A stretch of 62,651 nt of DNA, filler included. It is 4 parts of 4 records of this genome, joined end to end, with 100 filler letters (N's around TTAATTAATTAA, not from the genome) between each part and the next. Parts side by side here need not be neighbours in the genome. Positions count along the whole stretch, not along the records: positions 1 to 31,887 come from SRR31156797_770; 3 more parts are not named here. One strand, written 5' to 3'. A program made the position numbers and the translations under genes. Within the stretch, counting starts at the first letter, position 1, and the number at the start of each line of letters is the position of its first letter. Of this stretch, positions 18,395 to 29,913 are shown piece by piece. The notes under the pieces are model-generated. The model was not told where the DNA came from, made no database searches, and saw only the letters and a list, made by a program, of their open reading frames with translations.

Positions 18395-19780
18395 ATGGCA
18401 GATAAAAAAATGTGGGGCGGGCGGTTCGCTGAAGGGACCGCCGCATCCATGGAAGCATATTCAGAGTCCGTGTCTTTTGACCGGCTTCTCTACGCTGAAG
18501 ATATTCGGGGTTCCCAGGCTCACGCTCGCGTGTTGGCCAAGCAGGGATTTTTGACTGACGATGAGGCCAAGACTCTTTGCGACGGTCTGGATCAGGTCAA
18601 AACTGAGATCGAATCCGGTGATTTTGAGTGGAAGACCGAGATGGAAGATGTTCATATGAACATTGAGTCCCGGTTGACCGAGATCGTCGGACCGCTGGGT
18701 GGCAAGTTGCATACCGCACGGAGTCGCAACGATCAGGTCGCTCTAGATTTCCGGTTGCATGTAGGTGCTCGTCTTGCTGGTTGGCAGCAGGCCTTGGCCA
18801 TGCTTGTCGAGGTTTTTGTGACGCGTGCCGAAGAGCATAAAGAAACGATGCTTCCCGGTTGCACGCATTTTCAACCTGCTCAGCCCGTGAGTTTGGCGCA
18901 CCATCTGCTGGCATATTGTCAAATGTTCAAGCGCGATCACGAACGGGTGACTGATTGTCTGAAGCGCGTACGAGTCATGCCGTTGGGTGCCGCTGCACTA
19001 GCAGGGACAACTCATCCTGTGAATCCTCAGGCCGTGGCAGATGATCTTGGCATAGACGAGATTTTTGCCAATTCCATGGATGCTGTTTCTGATCGTGACT
19101 TTGTACTTGAGGCCGTGTTCGCAGGGAGTCTGGTTATGGCGCATCTTTCTCGCATGTGCGAGGAGATCATCATCTGGGCCAATCCGAATTTCGGGTATGT
19201 AAAGTTACCGGATCAGTATTCTACCGGTTCTTCAATCATGCCGCAGAAAAAGAATCCTGATGCCTGTGAGATCATGCGTGGCAAGACCGGGCGCGTTGTC
19301 GGTTCCCTTATGGGACTGCTTGTGCTTATCAAGGGTTTGCCCATGACCTATAATCGGGACATGCAGGAAGACAAAGAGCCGTTTTTTGATGCGGACAAGA
19401 CTGTTTCGGCATCGCTGACCATTATGGCAGACATGTTTAAGCAGATTGAATTCGTGCCGGAGAAGATGGCGGCCACGGTGAAACGTGGTTTTTTGAATGC
19501 TACAGAATTGGCTGATTATCTGGCAGCCAAAGGTGTACCTTTCCGTGAGGCACATCATATTACTGGCGCGGTTGTCGCTCACGCTGAACAGAAAGGTGTT
19601 GGTATCGAAGATTTGGACCTTGCTGAACTCAAGCAATTTTCCGGGGACATCAATGATGATGTCTTTGGCGTACTTGATTATGCAGCGGCCATTGAACGAC
19701 GGACATCCCCTGGAGGGACCGGGCCAGCTTCCGTGGCAAAACAGATTGACACCTTGAAAGGGTGGCTTAAAACTGTGTGA
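18395..19780 (+). CDS. argH: Argininosuccinate lyase
   Basis: [38 protein letters not shown]; start moved to ATG 18395. Confidence 0.97.
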   Translation: MADKKMWGGRFAEGTAASMEAYSESVSFDRLLYAEDIRGSQAHARVLAKQGFLTDDEAKTLCDGLDQVKTEIESGDFEWKTEMEDVHMNIESRLTEIVGPLGGKLHTARSRNDQVALDFRLHVGARLAGWQQALAMLVEVFVTRAEEHKETMLPGCTHFQPAQPVSLAHHLLAYCQMFKRDHERVTDCLKRVRVMPLGAAALAGTTHPVNPQAVADDLGIDEIFANSMDAVSDRDFVLEAVFAGSLVMAHLSRMCEEIIIWANPNFGYVKLPDQYSTGSSIMPQKKNPDACEIMRGKTGRVVGSLMGLLVLIKGLPMTYNRDMQEDKEPFFDADKTVSASLTIMADMFKQIEFVPEKMAATVKRGFLNATELADYLAAKGVPFREAHHITGAVVAHAEQKGVGIEDLDLAELKQFSGDINDDVFGVLDYAAAIERRTSPGGTGPASVAKQIDTLKGWLKTV

Positions 19781-19922
19781 TAGGTGAAATGAAGGGATTT
19801 TTTCCCAGTATCTCTTGATTTTTCATGCAGGAGCATTATTCTTTATCCTGCATCGTAGTGACAGCGATAATGAGTCCGTTTTAATGACGGATTGGATCTG
19901 AGACTATACGGAGGAATCTCCT

Positions 19923-21923
19923 TTGAACAACCATATGAAAAATCTTGTTATTTGGGCTATCATCTTTGTATTGATGGTCGTCCTCTTCAACCTCTTTAAC
20001 CAGCCGCCCGTTCCCAAGGATACGCCGTCTTACAGCGAATTCCTGACTATGGTGGACAGTGGTGGTGTGGCTGAAGTCAAAATTCAGGGTCCGAAAATTC
20101 TCGGCATGAAGACGTCTGGTGAAAAGTTCCAGACCTATGCCCCGGACGATCCCAAAATGATTGATACGCTTATTTCCAAAGGTGTTGAAGTCAATGCGGA
20201 ACCGCCCGAGGAATCTCCCTGGTATTTGACCATGCTCTTGTCTTGGTTCCCCATGCTTCTGCTCATTGGCGTTTGGATTTTCTTCATGCGTCAAATGCAG
20301 GGCGGCGGTGGCGGAGGACGTGGAGCCATGAGTTTTGGTCGTTCCAAGGCCCGGCTCATCAATGAGGAGACCGCCAAGGTTACCTTTGAAGATGTGGCTG
20401 GTGTCGATGAGGCCAAGGAAGAACTCTCTGAAATCGTAGATTTCCTGCGCGAACCTCGCAAGTTTACCCGTCTCGGCGGACGTATCCCCAAGGGTGTGCT
20501 TCTCGTCGGCGGGCCTGGTACAGGTAAGACTTTGCTGGCACGTGCAGTTGCCGGTGAAGCCGGTGTTCCCTTCTTCTCCATTTCCGGTTCTGACTTTGTG
20601 GAGATGTTTGTAGGTGTGGGGGCGAGCCGTGTGCGTGATCTTTTTGCACAAGGTAAGAAGAACGCTCCCTGTCTCATTTTTATTGATGAGATTGATGCTG
20701 TTGGCCGTCAACGTGGCGCTGGCCTCGGCGGTGGTCACGATGAACGTGAACAAACGTTGAACCAGCTGCTTGTGGAAATGGACGGCTTTGAATCAAACGA
20801 AGGCGTTATTCTGGTCGCCGCCACAAACCGTCCCGATGTTCTGGATCCGGCATTGCTGAGACCCGGACGTTTTGACCGTCAAGTGGTCGTGCCTAATCCC
20901 GATCTTCGTGGTCGTGAACGTATCCTCAAGGTGCATAGTCGTAAGACACCGTTGTCCCCTGAGGTCAATCTTGACGTTATTGCCCGCGGAACCCCCGGTT
21001 TCTCTGGTGCAGATCTTGAGAATCTCGTCAACGAGGCTGCTCTTGGTGCTGCCAAGCTCGGTAAAGACCGTGTGGACATGAGTGACTTTGAGGAAGCCAA
21101 GGACAAAGTCATGATGGGCGGGCGTGAGCGTCGTTCCATGATCCTTTCCGATGAAGAAAAGAAGACGACAGCATACCATGAAGCGGGGCATGCTCTGGTG
21201 GCAAAGTTGCTGCCCGGTACCGATCCCGTACACAAGGTTTCCATCATTCCTCGTGGCCGTGCTCTTGGTGTGACCATGCAGTTGCCCGGTGAAGATCGGC
21301 ACAACTATTCCAAAGACTTCCTTCTGAAGAATATGGCTGTGCTTATGGGTGGCCGTGTGGCTGAGGAGCTTGTTCTCAACCAGCTGACCACGGGTGCGAG
21401 CAATGACATTGAACGCGCCACCAAGACCGCACACAATATGGTCTGCATGTGGGGCATGTCTGAGAAATTCGGTCCTATAAGCTTTGGTGATAATCAGGAG
21501 CCGGTCTTTTTAGGCAAGGAGTTCTCTCACAACAAGGATTATGGTGAGGATACTGCCAAGTTGATTGATTCCGAAGTTCGGCGTTTTGTGGATGACGCTT
21601 ATGAAAAGGCAACCGAATTGCTTAAGGCAAACGGTGATGCTTTGGAGGCAATCTCCCAGGCTTTGCTTGAAAGAGAAACCATTACCGGTGCGGATATTGA
21701 TCTGCTTATGGAAGGCAAGGAATTGCCGCCCATGGAGTCGGATAATGGTGGGTCCTCTCCTTCCGGGACAGCCGATGGGTACACGGCCGAAGGTCGTGCT
21801 ACAGGCCCCGGATATAAGCCAGTCAGTGAAGAGTCCGAAAGCAAGGATGATGACTTTATTCTTGAAGACGATGATTCAGAGAGCGGTCCCGACGGAGACG
21901 GCGGAGAAAATAAGGTACAATAA
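19923..21923 (+). CDS. ftsH: ATP-dependent zinc metalloprotease FtsH
   Basis: Two TMs, [45 protein letters not shown] start with GGAGG RBS. Confidence 0.97.
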   Translation: MNNHMKNLVIWAIIFVLMVVLFNLFNQPPVPKDTPSYSEFLTMVDSGGVAEVKIQGPKILGMKTSGEKFQTYAPDDPKMIDTLISKGVEVNAEPPEESPWYLTMLLSWFPMLLLIGVWIFFMRQMQGGGGGGRGAMSFGRSKARLINEETAKVTFEDVAGVDEAKEELSEIVDFLREPRKFTRLGGRIPKGVLLVGGPGTGKTLLARAVAGEAGVPFFSISGSDFVEMFVGVGASRVRDLFAQGKKNAPCLIFIDEIDAVGRQRGAGLGGGHDEREQTLNQLLVEMDGFESNEGVILVAATNRPDVLDPALLRPGRFDRQVVVPNPDLRGRERILKVHSRKTPLSPEVNLDVIARGTPGFSGADLENLVNEAALGAAKLGKDRVDMSDFEEAKDKVMMGGRERRSMILSDEEKKTTAYHEAGHALVAKLLPGTDPVHKVSIIPRGRALGVTMQLPGEDRHNYSKDFLLKNMAVLMGGRVAEELVLNQLTTGASNDIERATKTAHNMVCMWGMSEKFGPISFGDNQEPVFLGKEFSHNKDYGEDTAKLIDSEVRRFVDDAYEKATELLKANGDALEAISQALLERETITGADIDLLMEGKELPPMESDNGGSSPSGTADGYTAEGRATGPGYKPVSEESESKDDDFILEDDDSESGPDGDGGENKVQ

Positions 21924-21939
21924 TCGGTTCAAAGTGACG

Positions 21940-22779
21940 ATGATTGATACAACATGGACATTGAAGGGGGGCAAGGTCTTGGGACCTGCCCCCTTTTTTA
22001 TTGCTGGCATTGTGAACGTGACTCCGGATTCTTTTTATGACGGTGGAACACATGAAGATGTTTCTACCGGTGTAGCCCACGGGTTGGAATTGGCACGACA
22101 GGGCGCGGCTATTCTGGATGTGGGCGGTGAGTCTACGCGGCCCTATGCTGATTTTGTTTCAGAAGCCGAGGAATTGAATCGTGTCATTCCTGTTGTTCGC
22201 GGATTGGCTGAAGCGGATCATGCTTCCGTGATTTCGGTTGATACCTATAAAGCCAAGGTTGCGGCCGATGCGTTGGAAGCCGGTGCGGATATTATCAATG
22301 ACGTGTCCGCCTTTCGATTCGAGCCGGAATTGTTGGACGTTATCGCCGAGTACAAACCGGGATATGTGCTTATGCATTCTCTTGGTAGGCCTGAGGATAT
22401 GCAGGATGAGCCTCACTATTTAGATGTTGTTGGTGAGTTGTTGGCTTTTTTTGAAGAACGGTTGACAGTTTTGGATAAGGCCGGGTTGCCCATGGATCGC
22501 GTGACCCTTGATCCGGGCATTGGTTTTGGAAAAACATTAGAGCACAATCTTTTGATTTTAAAGAATATTGAGCGGATTATGGCTTTGGGTTTTCCTGTCT
22601 TTATGGGATTGTCCAATAAATCCGTATGGCAGGGGCTTCTTGGTTTGGCTGTTGGAGAACGACAGAATGCAACCCAGGCGGCGACAGCAGTGTTGGCCGC
22701 AAAAGGTGTGCCCATTCATCGAGTGCATGAAGTTGCGCTTACGCAGCAAACATTGACCATTGTTCGTGAATTAGCGTAG
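21940..22779 (+). CDS. folP: Dihydropteroate synthase
   Basis: GIVNVTPDSFYDGG, DVGGESTRP, DPGIGFGK, GLSNKS, RVHEV. Confidence 0.95.
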   Translation: MIDTTWTLKGGKVLGPAPFFIAGIVNVTPDSFYDGGTHEDVSTGVAHGLELARQGAAILDVGGESTRPYADFVSEAEELNRVIPVVRGLAEADHASVISVDTYKAKVAADALEAGADIINDVSAFRFEPELLDVIAEYKPGYVLMHSLGRPEDMQDEPHYLDVVGELLAFFEERLTVLDKAGLPMDRVTLDPGIGFGKTLEHNLLILKNIERIMALGFPVFMGLSNKSVWQGLLGLAVGERQNATQAATAVLAAKGVPIHRVHEVALTQQTLTIVRELA

Positions 22780-22787
22780 TCAAAGAT

Positions 22788-23537
22788 ATGTTTGAACTTT
22801 TCGGAATTCAGATCACTTGGAGGGTCCTGCTCGATATTGGGCTGGTTGCCTTCATCTATTACAATCTTATTGTGCTTGTTCGAGGTACCAGAGCTGCCGC
22901 CGTCCTTTATGGTATGGTTGTCGTGCTGGTAATCTATTATTTTTCCGATTTGTTTAATCTGTACACCCTCAACGCCATGCTCGGCGAGTTTTTGACATCC
23001 ATATTCCTTATTGTGGTTATTTTGTTCAAAACGGATATTCGTAAGGCGCTAGCCAGCGTCGGTACTAAGAGGTTTTGGACCAAGTCGCAGGTTCGTGATG
23101 ATACGTTGGAACAGATGATTCGTGCTGTCATGAGCATGTCTGAAAGCAGCACTGGCGCAATCATCGTTATCGAAAAGAATATGCCACTCGGTGACATCAT
23201 TGAGCGTGGAATTGAATTGGATGCCAAGGTCAATACCGAGCTTATTGAAACTATTTTTGTACCCGATACACCGTTGCATGACGGAGCTGTCATTGTTCGT
23301 CGTGATCGGATTGTCGCGGCAGCATGTATTTTGCCGTTGTCCAGCAAGTTGCGGGGACAGCCCATGTATGGAACCCGACATCGAGCCGCACTTGGTATCA
23401 GTGAAGGGTCTGACGCTATTACCGTGGTTGTTTCTGAAGAACGGGGAGAGGTCTCTGTGGCCATGAATGGACGTTTGACAACCAGTTTGGACGAAGTCCG
23501 TCTAATGCGTGTGCTCAGGAACGCACTGGGACGATAA
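22788..23537 (+). CDS. cdaA: Diadenylate cyclase CdaA/DacA
   Basis: Three N-terminal TMs; PLHDGA and GTRHRAALG catalytic motifs; VVVSEERG. Confidence 0.95.
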   Translation: MFELFGIQITWRVLLDIGLVAFIYYNLIVLVRGTRAAAVLYGMVVVLVIYYFSDLFNLYTLNAMLGEFLTSIFLIVVILFKTDIRKALASVGTKRFWTKSQVRDDTLEQMIRAVMSMSESSTGAIIVIEKNMPLGDIIERGIELDAKVNTELIETIFVPDTPLHDGAVIVRRDRIVAAACILPLSSKLRGQPMYGTRHRAALGISEGSDAITVVVSEERGEVSVAMNGRLTTSLDEVRLMRVLRNALGR

Positions 23538-23538
23538 T

Positions 23539-24441
23539 ATGAAGAATTGGCAAACAGCGATACTGGCTCTTGCATTGGCAGTTTTCACCTGGTTTTTGGT
23601 GACAGGCCGAGAAGTGGTGGAGTCATGGGTGGATATGCCGGTTGTCATGACTAATCCGCCTGAAGGACTTATTATCGAGGACGGTCTTGTTGATAAAATT
23701 CAGGTTCGTTTGCGTGGTCCTAAAGGGCTGGTGGGCAACCTGACGACACAGAATATTCCCTATCATGTCGATGTCAGCAATTTGAAAATCGGTATGCAGG
23801 TTGTGGATATTGATGCTTCAAACATCCCTTTACCCAGCACATATGAGATTATCGAGGTTAAGCCGAACCGGTTGAAACTTACGGTAGACCGTCGTATTTC
23901 GAAGGAGATCGAAGTGGAGGCGGCCTGGTCTGGTGATCTTAATTCTGATTACAAGTTGAAGGAAATTACCGTTGACCCGAAACTTGTTGTTGTGCGTGGT
24001 CCTGAAACAGTGCTTCGGAAGGTTTCAAAAGCTCGTGCGGTGATGAAGGAAGATTTTCCTGAAGATGTTCCAGAGTCATGGGCTGAAGATGTCGGTCTTG
24101 AACTTGCTCCTGAAATTGAAGCGTCACCGGGACAGGTTCGGGTTGAAGCTTTTTTTGGACCTCAGACCCGTCAGATATGGGTTAAAGTCCCCCTTGAAGT
24201 ACAGGCTCCGGAAGGGTACAAGGCATCGGTCTCACAGAAGTTTGTGCGACTGTTGATTGAAGGGCCTATTTATCTTTTCCGTGACAATGAGTATCGCAAG
24301 GATGTCGTTGTCAGTCTTTTGTTCGGGAGCGAAATGGCTTCTGGGAAATTCGATTTGGATTATGATGTCGTTCTTCCTGACGGATGCCGGCTGGAAAAGA
24401 AAAATCCGGAAACCGTAATAACTCATTTGAAAAAGCAATAG
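23539..24441 (+). CDS. cdaR: YbbR/CdaR-like regulator of diadenylate cyclase
   Basis: N-terminal TM (ILALALAVFTWFLV) and repeated V-x-V-x-L/V-RGP YbbR units; lies between cdaA and glmM. Confidence 0.85.
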   Translation: MKNWQTAILALALAVFTWFLVTGREVVESWVDMPVVMTNPPEGLIIEDGLVDKIQVRLRGPKGLVGNLTTQNIPYHVDVSNLKIGMQVVDIDASNIPLPSTYEIIEVKPNRLKLTVDRRISKEIEVEAAWSGDLNSDYKLKEITVDPKLVVVRGPETVLRKVSKARAVMKEDFPEDVPESWAEDVGLELAPEIEASPGQVRVEAFFGPQTRQIWVKVPLEVQAPEGYKASVSQKFVRLLIEGPIYLFRDNEYRKDVVVSLLFGSEMASGKFDLDYDVVLPDGCRLEKKNPETVITHLKKQ

Positions 24442-24474
24442 ATCGCCTTTCGGGGCGAAGTTTTGGAGTCATCC

Positions 24475-25827
24475 ATGAAGCAGAGGCTTTTCGGTACTGA
24501 CGGCCTGCGTGGGCAGGGCAATATATTTCCTATGACACCTGAGATTGCACTCAGGCTTGGTCTGGCCGCAGGCCAATATTTTCGCAATGGTTCCAAACGT
24601 CATCGTGTGGTCATCGGTAAAGACACCCGTTTATCGGGGTATGTGTTTGAGACTGCGTTGACCAGCGGACTGTGCGCTAACGGTATGGATGTTTTTTTGG
24701 TTGGTCCCATGCCGACACCGGCTATATCATTCCTGACTCGGAATATGCGTGCCGATCTTGGAGTGGTGATCTCAGCATCGCACAATCCTTTTATGGACAA
24801 CGGCATCAAGTTTTTTGATCGCAGTGGTTTTAAATTGCCTGATGAAGTTGAAGATGAGATCAGTGAACTCGTTTTGAATCCTGAGACCCAGTGGGATTAT
24901 CCTGCCGCCGAAGAAGTGGGCCGTGCGCAACGCATTACAGATGCTCCGGGTCGATATATTGTGTATCTGAAAAATAGTTTTTCGCAGCGTCTGACTCTGG
25001 ATGGCGTCAAAATTGTTCTCGATTGTGCGCACGGTGCTGCCTATGGTGTCGCGCCCAAGGTTCTTGAAGAATTGGGAGCCGAGGTAATCAGAATTGGTGT
25101 TGAACCCGATGGTTTGAATATCAATCAGAAGTGTGGATCGTTGTATCCCGAAGTCATTTCCAGTGTTGTTATTCAAGAAAAGGCTGATATGGGGATCGCT
25201 TTGGACGGCGACGCTGATCGGCTTATTGTTTGTGACGAAAATGGTCGTATTCTGGATGGCGATCAGATCATGGCGTTGTCTGCTTTGGAACTTTTGGAAA
25301 AGGGAACCTTGCCCAAGAATATGCTTGTGTCCACGGTCATGAGCAATATGGCGCTTGAGTTGTTTATGAAGGATCATGGCGGCACATTGTTACGAACAGA
25401 TGTAGGTGATCGTTACGTGGTTGAGGCCATGCGCCGCGAAGGAGCCATGCTCGGGGGCGAACAATCAGGGCATCTTATTTATATGGAGCATTCTACGACG
25501 GGCGATGGACTATTGGCCGCATTGCAATTGCTCCGTCTCATGCGTGAAAAAGATAGGCCTTTGTCAGAATTGGCCGGTTTGCTTGAACCCTTCCCCCAGA
25601 TCCTTAAAAATGTTCATGTGAAACGGAAAATCCCGTTTGATGATGCTCCTGAAGTGCAAAAAGCCGTTCGCAAGGTCGAAGAGGCTCTCAAAGGCAAAGG
25701 GCGTGTTTTACTTCGTTACTCTGGAACCGAGGCTGTCTGTCGAGTTATGGTAGAAGGACCAGACAGTGATAAAGTAGAATTGTACGCTGGTGACATTGTT
25801 GAAGCCTGTGAAAACCATTTGAAATAA
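24475..25827 (+). CDS. glmM: Phosphoglucosamine mutase
   Basis: [36 protein letters not shown]. Confidence 0.96.
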   Translation: MKQRLFGTDGLRGQGNIFPMTPEIALRLGLAAGQYFRNGSKRHRVVIGKDTRLSGYVFETALTSGLCANGMDVFLVGPMPTPAISFLTRNMRADLGVVISASHNPFMDNGIKFFDRSGFKLPDEVEDEISELVLNPETQWDYPAAEEVGRAQRITDAPGRYIVYLKNSFSQRLTLDGVKIVLDCAHGAAYGVAPKVLEELGAEVIRIGVEPDGLNINQKCGSLYPEVISSVVIQEKADMGIALDGDADRLIVCDENGRILDGDQIMALSALELLEKGTLPKNMLVSTVMSNMALELFMKDHGGTLLRTDVGDRYVVEAMRREGAMLGGEQSGHLIYMEHSTTGDGLLAALQLLRLMREKDRPLSELAGLLEPFPQILKNVHVKRKIPFDDAPEVQKAVRKVEEALKGKGRVLLRYSGTEAVCRVMVEGPDSDKVELYAGDIVEACENHLK

Positions 25828-25852
25828 ATAGCCTTTTTCAAGGAAGAATCCT

Positions 25853-26734
25853 ATGGAAATCAAGAAAGCCGTTATACCTGTTGCTGGTTGGGGTACGCGT
25901 TCACTCCCGGCTACCAAGAATGTTCCCAAGGAAATGTTGCCTATTTTCCGCAAGCCTATTGTGCAATATATTGTGGAGGAAGGCATAGATGCCGGGTTGA
26001 CAGATGTTGTTTTCATCACCAACCAGAACAAGACCATCATTGAAGATCATTTTGATCGCAACTTTTTGTTGGAACAGCTTTTGGAGCGAGCGGGCAAGGA
26101 TGAGATGCTTGAAGAAGTCAAGCGAGTTGCTTCTTTGGTCAATGTCATTGGTGTTCGTCAAAAAGAACAGCTTGGGTTGGGCCATGCCGTTCTTTCGGCT
26201 CGTGAAATTTGTAAGAATGAACCCTTCGCCGTCATGCTCGGTGATGACCTCATGTTTGGTGTAGACACTGGCATAGGCGAACTGCTCCGTGCGGCAAAGG
26301 CTACCGGCAAGGCCGTGGTCGGCGTGATCGAAGTGCCGGAAGAGAAAGTCAGTCGATACGGCGTGATCAAGGGTGAAGAATTGGAAGATGGCACCTATCG
26401 TGTGACCAATTTGGTAGAAAAGCCGTCTAAGGAAGAGGCTCCATCCAATTTGGCAATCATCGGTAGATATGTGTTGCTCCCTGAAATTTTTGATATTCTT
26501 GAAGGGCAGAAAGCCGGGGTTGGCGGAGAAATTCAGCTGACCGACGCATTGCAGGGGTTGGCAGATCAGGACAAGCTTATCGCTGTAAAATTGGGTGGTC
26601 AGCGTTTTGATGCGGGCGACTGGGTAGAGTATCTGACGGCCAATATCTATTTTGCTCTTCATGACGAAGAGCTCAGGGATGATCTTGTCAAGCGGCTGTT
26701 GGAATTGTTGCCTTGTGGTGGGAAAGAAGCATGA
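25853..26734 (+). CDS. galU: UTP--glucose-1-phosphate uridylyltransferase
   Basis: KAVIPVAGWGTRSLPATK, PKEMLP, LGLGHAV, VEKP, GEIQLTDA. Confidence 0.95.
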   Translation: MEIKKAVIPVAGWGTRSLPATKNVPKEMLPIFRKPIVQYIVEEGIDAGLTDVVFITNQNKTIIEDHFDRNFLLEQLLERAGKDEMLEEVKRVASLVNVIGVRQKEQLGLGHAVLSAREICKNEPFAVMLGDDLMFGVDTGIGELLRAAKATGKAVVGVIEVPEEKVSRYGVIKGEELEDGTYRVTNLVEKPSKEEAPSNLAIIGRYVLLPEIFDILEGQKAGVGGEIQLTDALQGLADQDKLIAVKLGGQRFDAGDWVEYLTANIYFALHDEELRDDLVKRLLELLPCGGKEA

Positions 26735-27468
26735 TGAAACGTTTGTCCGCTATTGTCGTCGTTTTTTTTGTTGTGTTGATCGCTTTGCCGGTGGCTGCAT
26801 TTACTCCTGACGACGACGAACTGATCGGCTCCTTAAAAAAACAATATGGCCCTATGCGATCTTGGGAAGCGGAGATGGCCTTTCCGAATTATCCGGGTGT
26901 GAAAGTTCATGTTTGGTACGCCCGAGGTAAGTGGCGACAGGAGTGGAAGGCCGGGGACACTGCTACGGCTGTCGGAATTGGTGGGAATGTAACCAGTGCA
27001 TGTACAGCCGGACATTTTGCATTGTCACCATTGTTTGTCTGGATGCCGCCAAATCCATTGGAAACCTGGAAGAGTTGGGGCGTGGCAGTAGAAAAACGTA
27101 ATTACGGATTTTGTGGTAATCAGCCATGCTTTTTACTTGGAGCAGAACCCGGTGACGATGTGAGTCCGGCGGTTCAACTCAACAACGAGGATATGACGCC
27201 GCTGTTGGTGCGATATGAAACCAGTGCAGGCTTGACTTCAATGGATTTCCTCAATCACAAAACCGTGGCCGGATATAGTGTGCCGCAAAAGGTTGTTATC
27301 ACCGTCGGTGAAGTTTCCCTCGAGGTTACGGTTAAATGGATTGCAATCAACGGTGCGGATGATGACGAATTATATGCCGAAGAGTCATTGAGCCCGATCC
27401 CGTGCGCCGAGCCACCAGCGCCTTTTGATTTTTTACGGAATTCTTTCCGTTATCCTTCAAGCCAATAG
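26731..27468 (+). CDS. Exported hypothetical protein, possibly LolA-like fold
   Basis: ATGA overlap with the galU stop; signal peptide; helix then SWEAEM...WYARGKWRQEW pattern reminiscent of LolA-like proteins. Confidence 0.6.
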   Translation: MMKRLSAIVVVFFVVLIALPVAAFTPDDDELIGSLKKQYGPMRSWEAEMAFPNYPGVKVHVWYARGKWRQEWKAGDTATAVGIGGNVTSACTAGHFALSPLFVWMPPNPLETWKSWGVAVEKRNYGFCGNQPCFLLGAEPGDDVSPAVQLNNEDMTPLLVRYETSAGLTSMDFLNHKTVAGYSVPQKVVITVGEVSLEVTVKWIAINGADDDELYAEESLSPIPCAEPPAPFDFLRNSFRYPSSQ

Positions 27469-27477
27469 GCGGCACAT

Positions 27478-29844
27478 ATGGCCGATCTGTGGCAGGTAAC
27501 GCTCGTCAGTCCGCCTTATGAAGCGTGGACATATGAGCGGCCATCCTTTTTCCCCGACTTGTCCGCCGGACAGCGGGTTATTATTCCTTTTGGCAAATCC
27601 CATCGCGTGGGCATTGTTGTTGGGCCAGCCGAACAGGCCCCGGTGGGGGTCGTGGTCAAGCCGATGATCTGGCCTTTGGAACGGACTCAGCTCCTTAGTG
27701 AAGAATATGTGGATATGGCCGTGAATCTTGCGGCGCGTCAGATGGTGAATGTCGGGCGTATTTTTGAGATCGCGTTACCGCGAGGTTTGCGAACGGCTGC
27801 GGTTACTTTTCGTGTGGATAAGCACATGTCTGATCGTCAATTGCCCGGTTCGGTGCGTCCTGCGGAAATCGGACGTTTTGAAGAGGCGGATCAGATCGCA
27901 CTTATGGATTTGTGGCTTGCCGGACGGATGCGGGTACGCGTTAACGCCAAGCGTGAAGCCGAAGAGCGGTTTGTTTCTTTGGAATGTGATCCTCCATGGG
28001 CCGTCAGACCCAATGCAAAACGACAGCTTCGTCTTTTGGAATATCTTTTGGAGCATGGTCCACAGAGCTTGTATTCTTTGCGATATGCTTTGGGTGACTG
28101 GACTGCGGCTACTGTTGCCAAATTAGAGGGCGTGTCCATTGTTCGCACCGGTGAATTAACAGCGGATACGTTGGCAGAAGTTGATGAGGCTGGTTCGGTA
28201 AAACCCTGCGGTGATGAATGTGAGTACACGCTGACCGATGAACAGCAGGCGGCCATGGAAGCCATGACAGCAACCATGGAGAACGGTGGAGGGCCGCACC
28301 TTGTTCATGGAGTGACAGGGAGTGGAAAAACGGTTCTGTATCTTGAGATGGCTCGGAAATGTCTTGCTAACGGTCGATCCGTCATGTTGCTTGCACCCGA
28401 AGTAGCCTTGGCCTGCCAGCTGTATCGTACCGTAAAAGAGCGGTTTCCCACTGCGAAAACTTTTTTTTATCATGGTTATCAAAGCCCCAAGAAACGGGAA
28501 CGGACTTTCAAGGGATTATCTTGCGAAGCTGGTCCCGTTGTTGTGGTTGGGACGCGATCTTCGCTTTTCCTGCCTATACCAACTCTTGGTATGATTGTGC
28601 TCGATGAAGAACATGACGAGTCCTATAAGCAGGAAGAACGGTTGGCATACCATGCCAAGGAAGTCGCTTGGTTCCGGGCTGGATTGAGTAAAGCCTTGTT
28701 GTTGCTTGGTTCTGCTACGCCGGATGTGAAAACTTTTCAAGCCGCCAAGCAGGGTGTCATCGCCATGTCTGCGTTGAAAGAACGTGTTGGCGATAGTGTT
28801 TTGCCGAGTGTGGAATTGGTGGACATCACCGATATGAAGGGAGGCAGCAAGCTGTTAGCCCCTGCCACGGAAGAGGCTATTCGTGAAACCGTTGAGGTCG
28901 GAGGGCAGGTCATTGTCATGCTCAACCGGCGCGGATATGCACCGCTCATGTATTGTTTGGACTGTACGGAGACCGTGCGGTGTCCAGAGTGCGAAGTGGG
29001 CATGACGTATCATAAGGACCGTCAACGTGTTGTCTGCCATTATTGTGGCCTGACATATTCGTATCCTTTGACGTGTAAGAAGTGCGGTGGAACGAGTTTT
29101 GTGCCCATGGGCGAAGGGACGGAGCGACTCGAAGAAGTCTTGCAGGAACAGTTGCCCGAAGGAACCAAGGTGTTACGCCTTGATCGGGATGCCACCCGGC
29201 GACAGGAGCGGATGGAGGAAATCCTTGGAGCCTTTGGCCGCAAGGAAGCTCAGGTTCTTGTCGGTACTCAGATGATTTCAAAGGGACACCATTTCCCCGG
29301 TGTTACACTTGTTGTGGTCGCAGATGGTGATCTTGGATTGAATCTGCCGGATTATCGATCTACGGAACGGACATTTCAACTGTTGGTACAGGTAGCAGGC
29401 CGTGCCGGGCGGGGAGACAATCCGGGCAAAGTCCTGATTCAGACACGGAATCCGGGGCATCCTATCTGGACGGAAGTTGTGGCCGGTGACTATGCTGGTT
29501 TTTTTGAACGTGAGATATCTCGGCGTTCGATGTTTAAGTACCCGCCATTTTCCAGAATGGCCCTTGTCCGTATCAGTTTTCCAGCTCAGTATCAGGATGG
29601 CCCTGCGGCAGTATCTTTGTTCGCTCAGGTCTTGCATGAGCAAGGCCGGAAATTGGGTATTGATATCCTTGGGCCAGCGCCAGCACCCCTTTCCATGCTG
29701 CGTGGCCGTAAGCGATTTAACTGTTTGCTCAAGTCTGACGACTGGGCCAAAGTGCGGACATTGTATGGCCATATGGCTGCGGCCAACCCGAATTTGAAAT
29801 TCGTGCGCACAAGTCTCGATCTCGATCCTTTGACGACATTGTAA
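27478..29844 (+). CDS. priA: Primosomal protein N' (replication restart helicase)
   Basis: HGVTGSGKT, DEEHDESYKQ, GSATP, four CxxC Zn motifs, GTQMISKGHHF, QVAGRAGR. Confidence 0.96.
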   Translation: MADLWQVTLVSPPYEAWTYERPSFFPDLSAGQRVIIPFGKSHRVGIVVGPAEQAPVGVVVKPMIWPLERTQLLSEEYVDMAVNLAARQMVNVGRIFEIALPRGLRTAAVTFRVDKHMSDRQLPGSVRPAEIGRFEEADQIALMDLWLAGRMRVRVNAKREAEERFVSLECDPPWAVRPNAKRQLRLLEYLLEHGPQSLYSLRYALGDWTAATVAKLEGVSIVRTGELTADTLAEVDEAGSVKPCGDECEYTLTDEQQAAMEAMTATMENGGGPHLVHGVTGSGKTVLYLEMARKCLANGRSVMLLAPEVALACQLYRTVKERFPTAKTFFYHGYQSPKKRERTFKGLSCEAGPVVVVGTRSSLFLPIPTLGMIVLDEEHDESYKQEERLAYHAKEVAWFRAGLSKALLLLGSATPDVKTFQAAKQGVIAMSALKERVGDSVLPSVELVDITDMKGGSKLLAPATEEAIRETVEVGGQVIVMLNRRGYAPLMYCLDCTETVRCPECEVGMTYHKDRQRVVCHYCGLTYSYPLTCKKCGGTSFVPMGEGTERLEEVLQEQLPEGTKVLRLDRDATRRQERMEEILGAFGRKEAQVLVGTQMISKGHHFPGVTLVVVADGDLGLNLPDYRSTERTFQLLVQVAGRAGRGDNPGKVLIQTRNPGHPIWTEVVAGDYAGFFEREISRRSMFKYPPFSRMALVRISFPAQYQDGPAAVSLFAQVLHEQGRKLGIDILGPAPAPLSMLRGRKRFNCLLKSDDWAKVRTLYGHMAAANPNLKFVRTSLDLDPLTTL

Positions 29845-29913
29845 ATGGTCGACAAGGGTGTCCATTTTCGGATACATTGCCCCATTATATGAGCTAACAA
29901 GGTAGTTATTCTT

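Noticed and set aside
17124-18458. 444-aa antisense ORF over argG (similarly 6944-7882, 19881-20753, 25901-26662, 57199-58281, 59836-60687)
   Set aside because: Shadow ORFs opposite well-conserved genes, caused by codon bias; no motifs or RBS.
21565-21939. 125-codon in-frame extension of folP overlapping ftsH, suggesting a frameshift fusion
   Set aside because: The extension is nonsense-like, ftsH has its own stop and acidic tail, ATG 21940 gives a normal FolP, and no slippery site was noticed.
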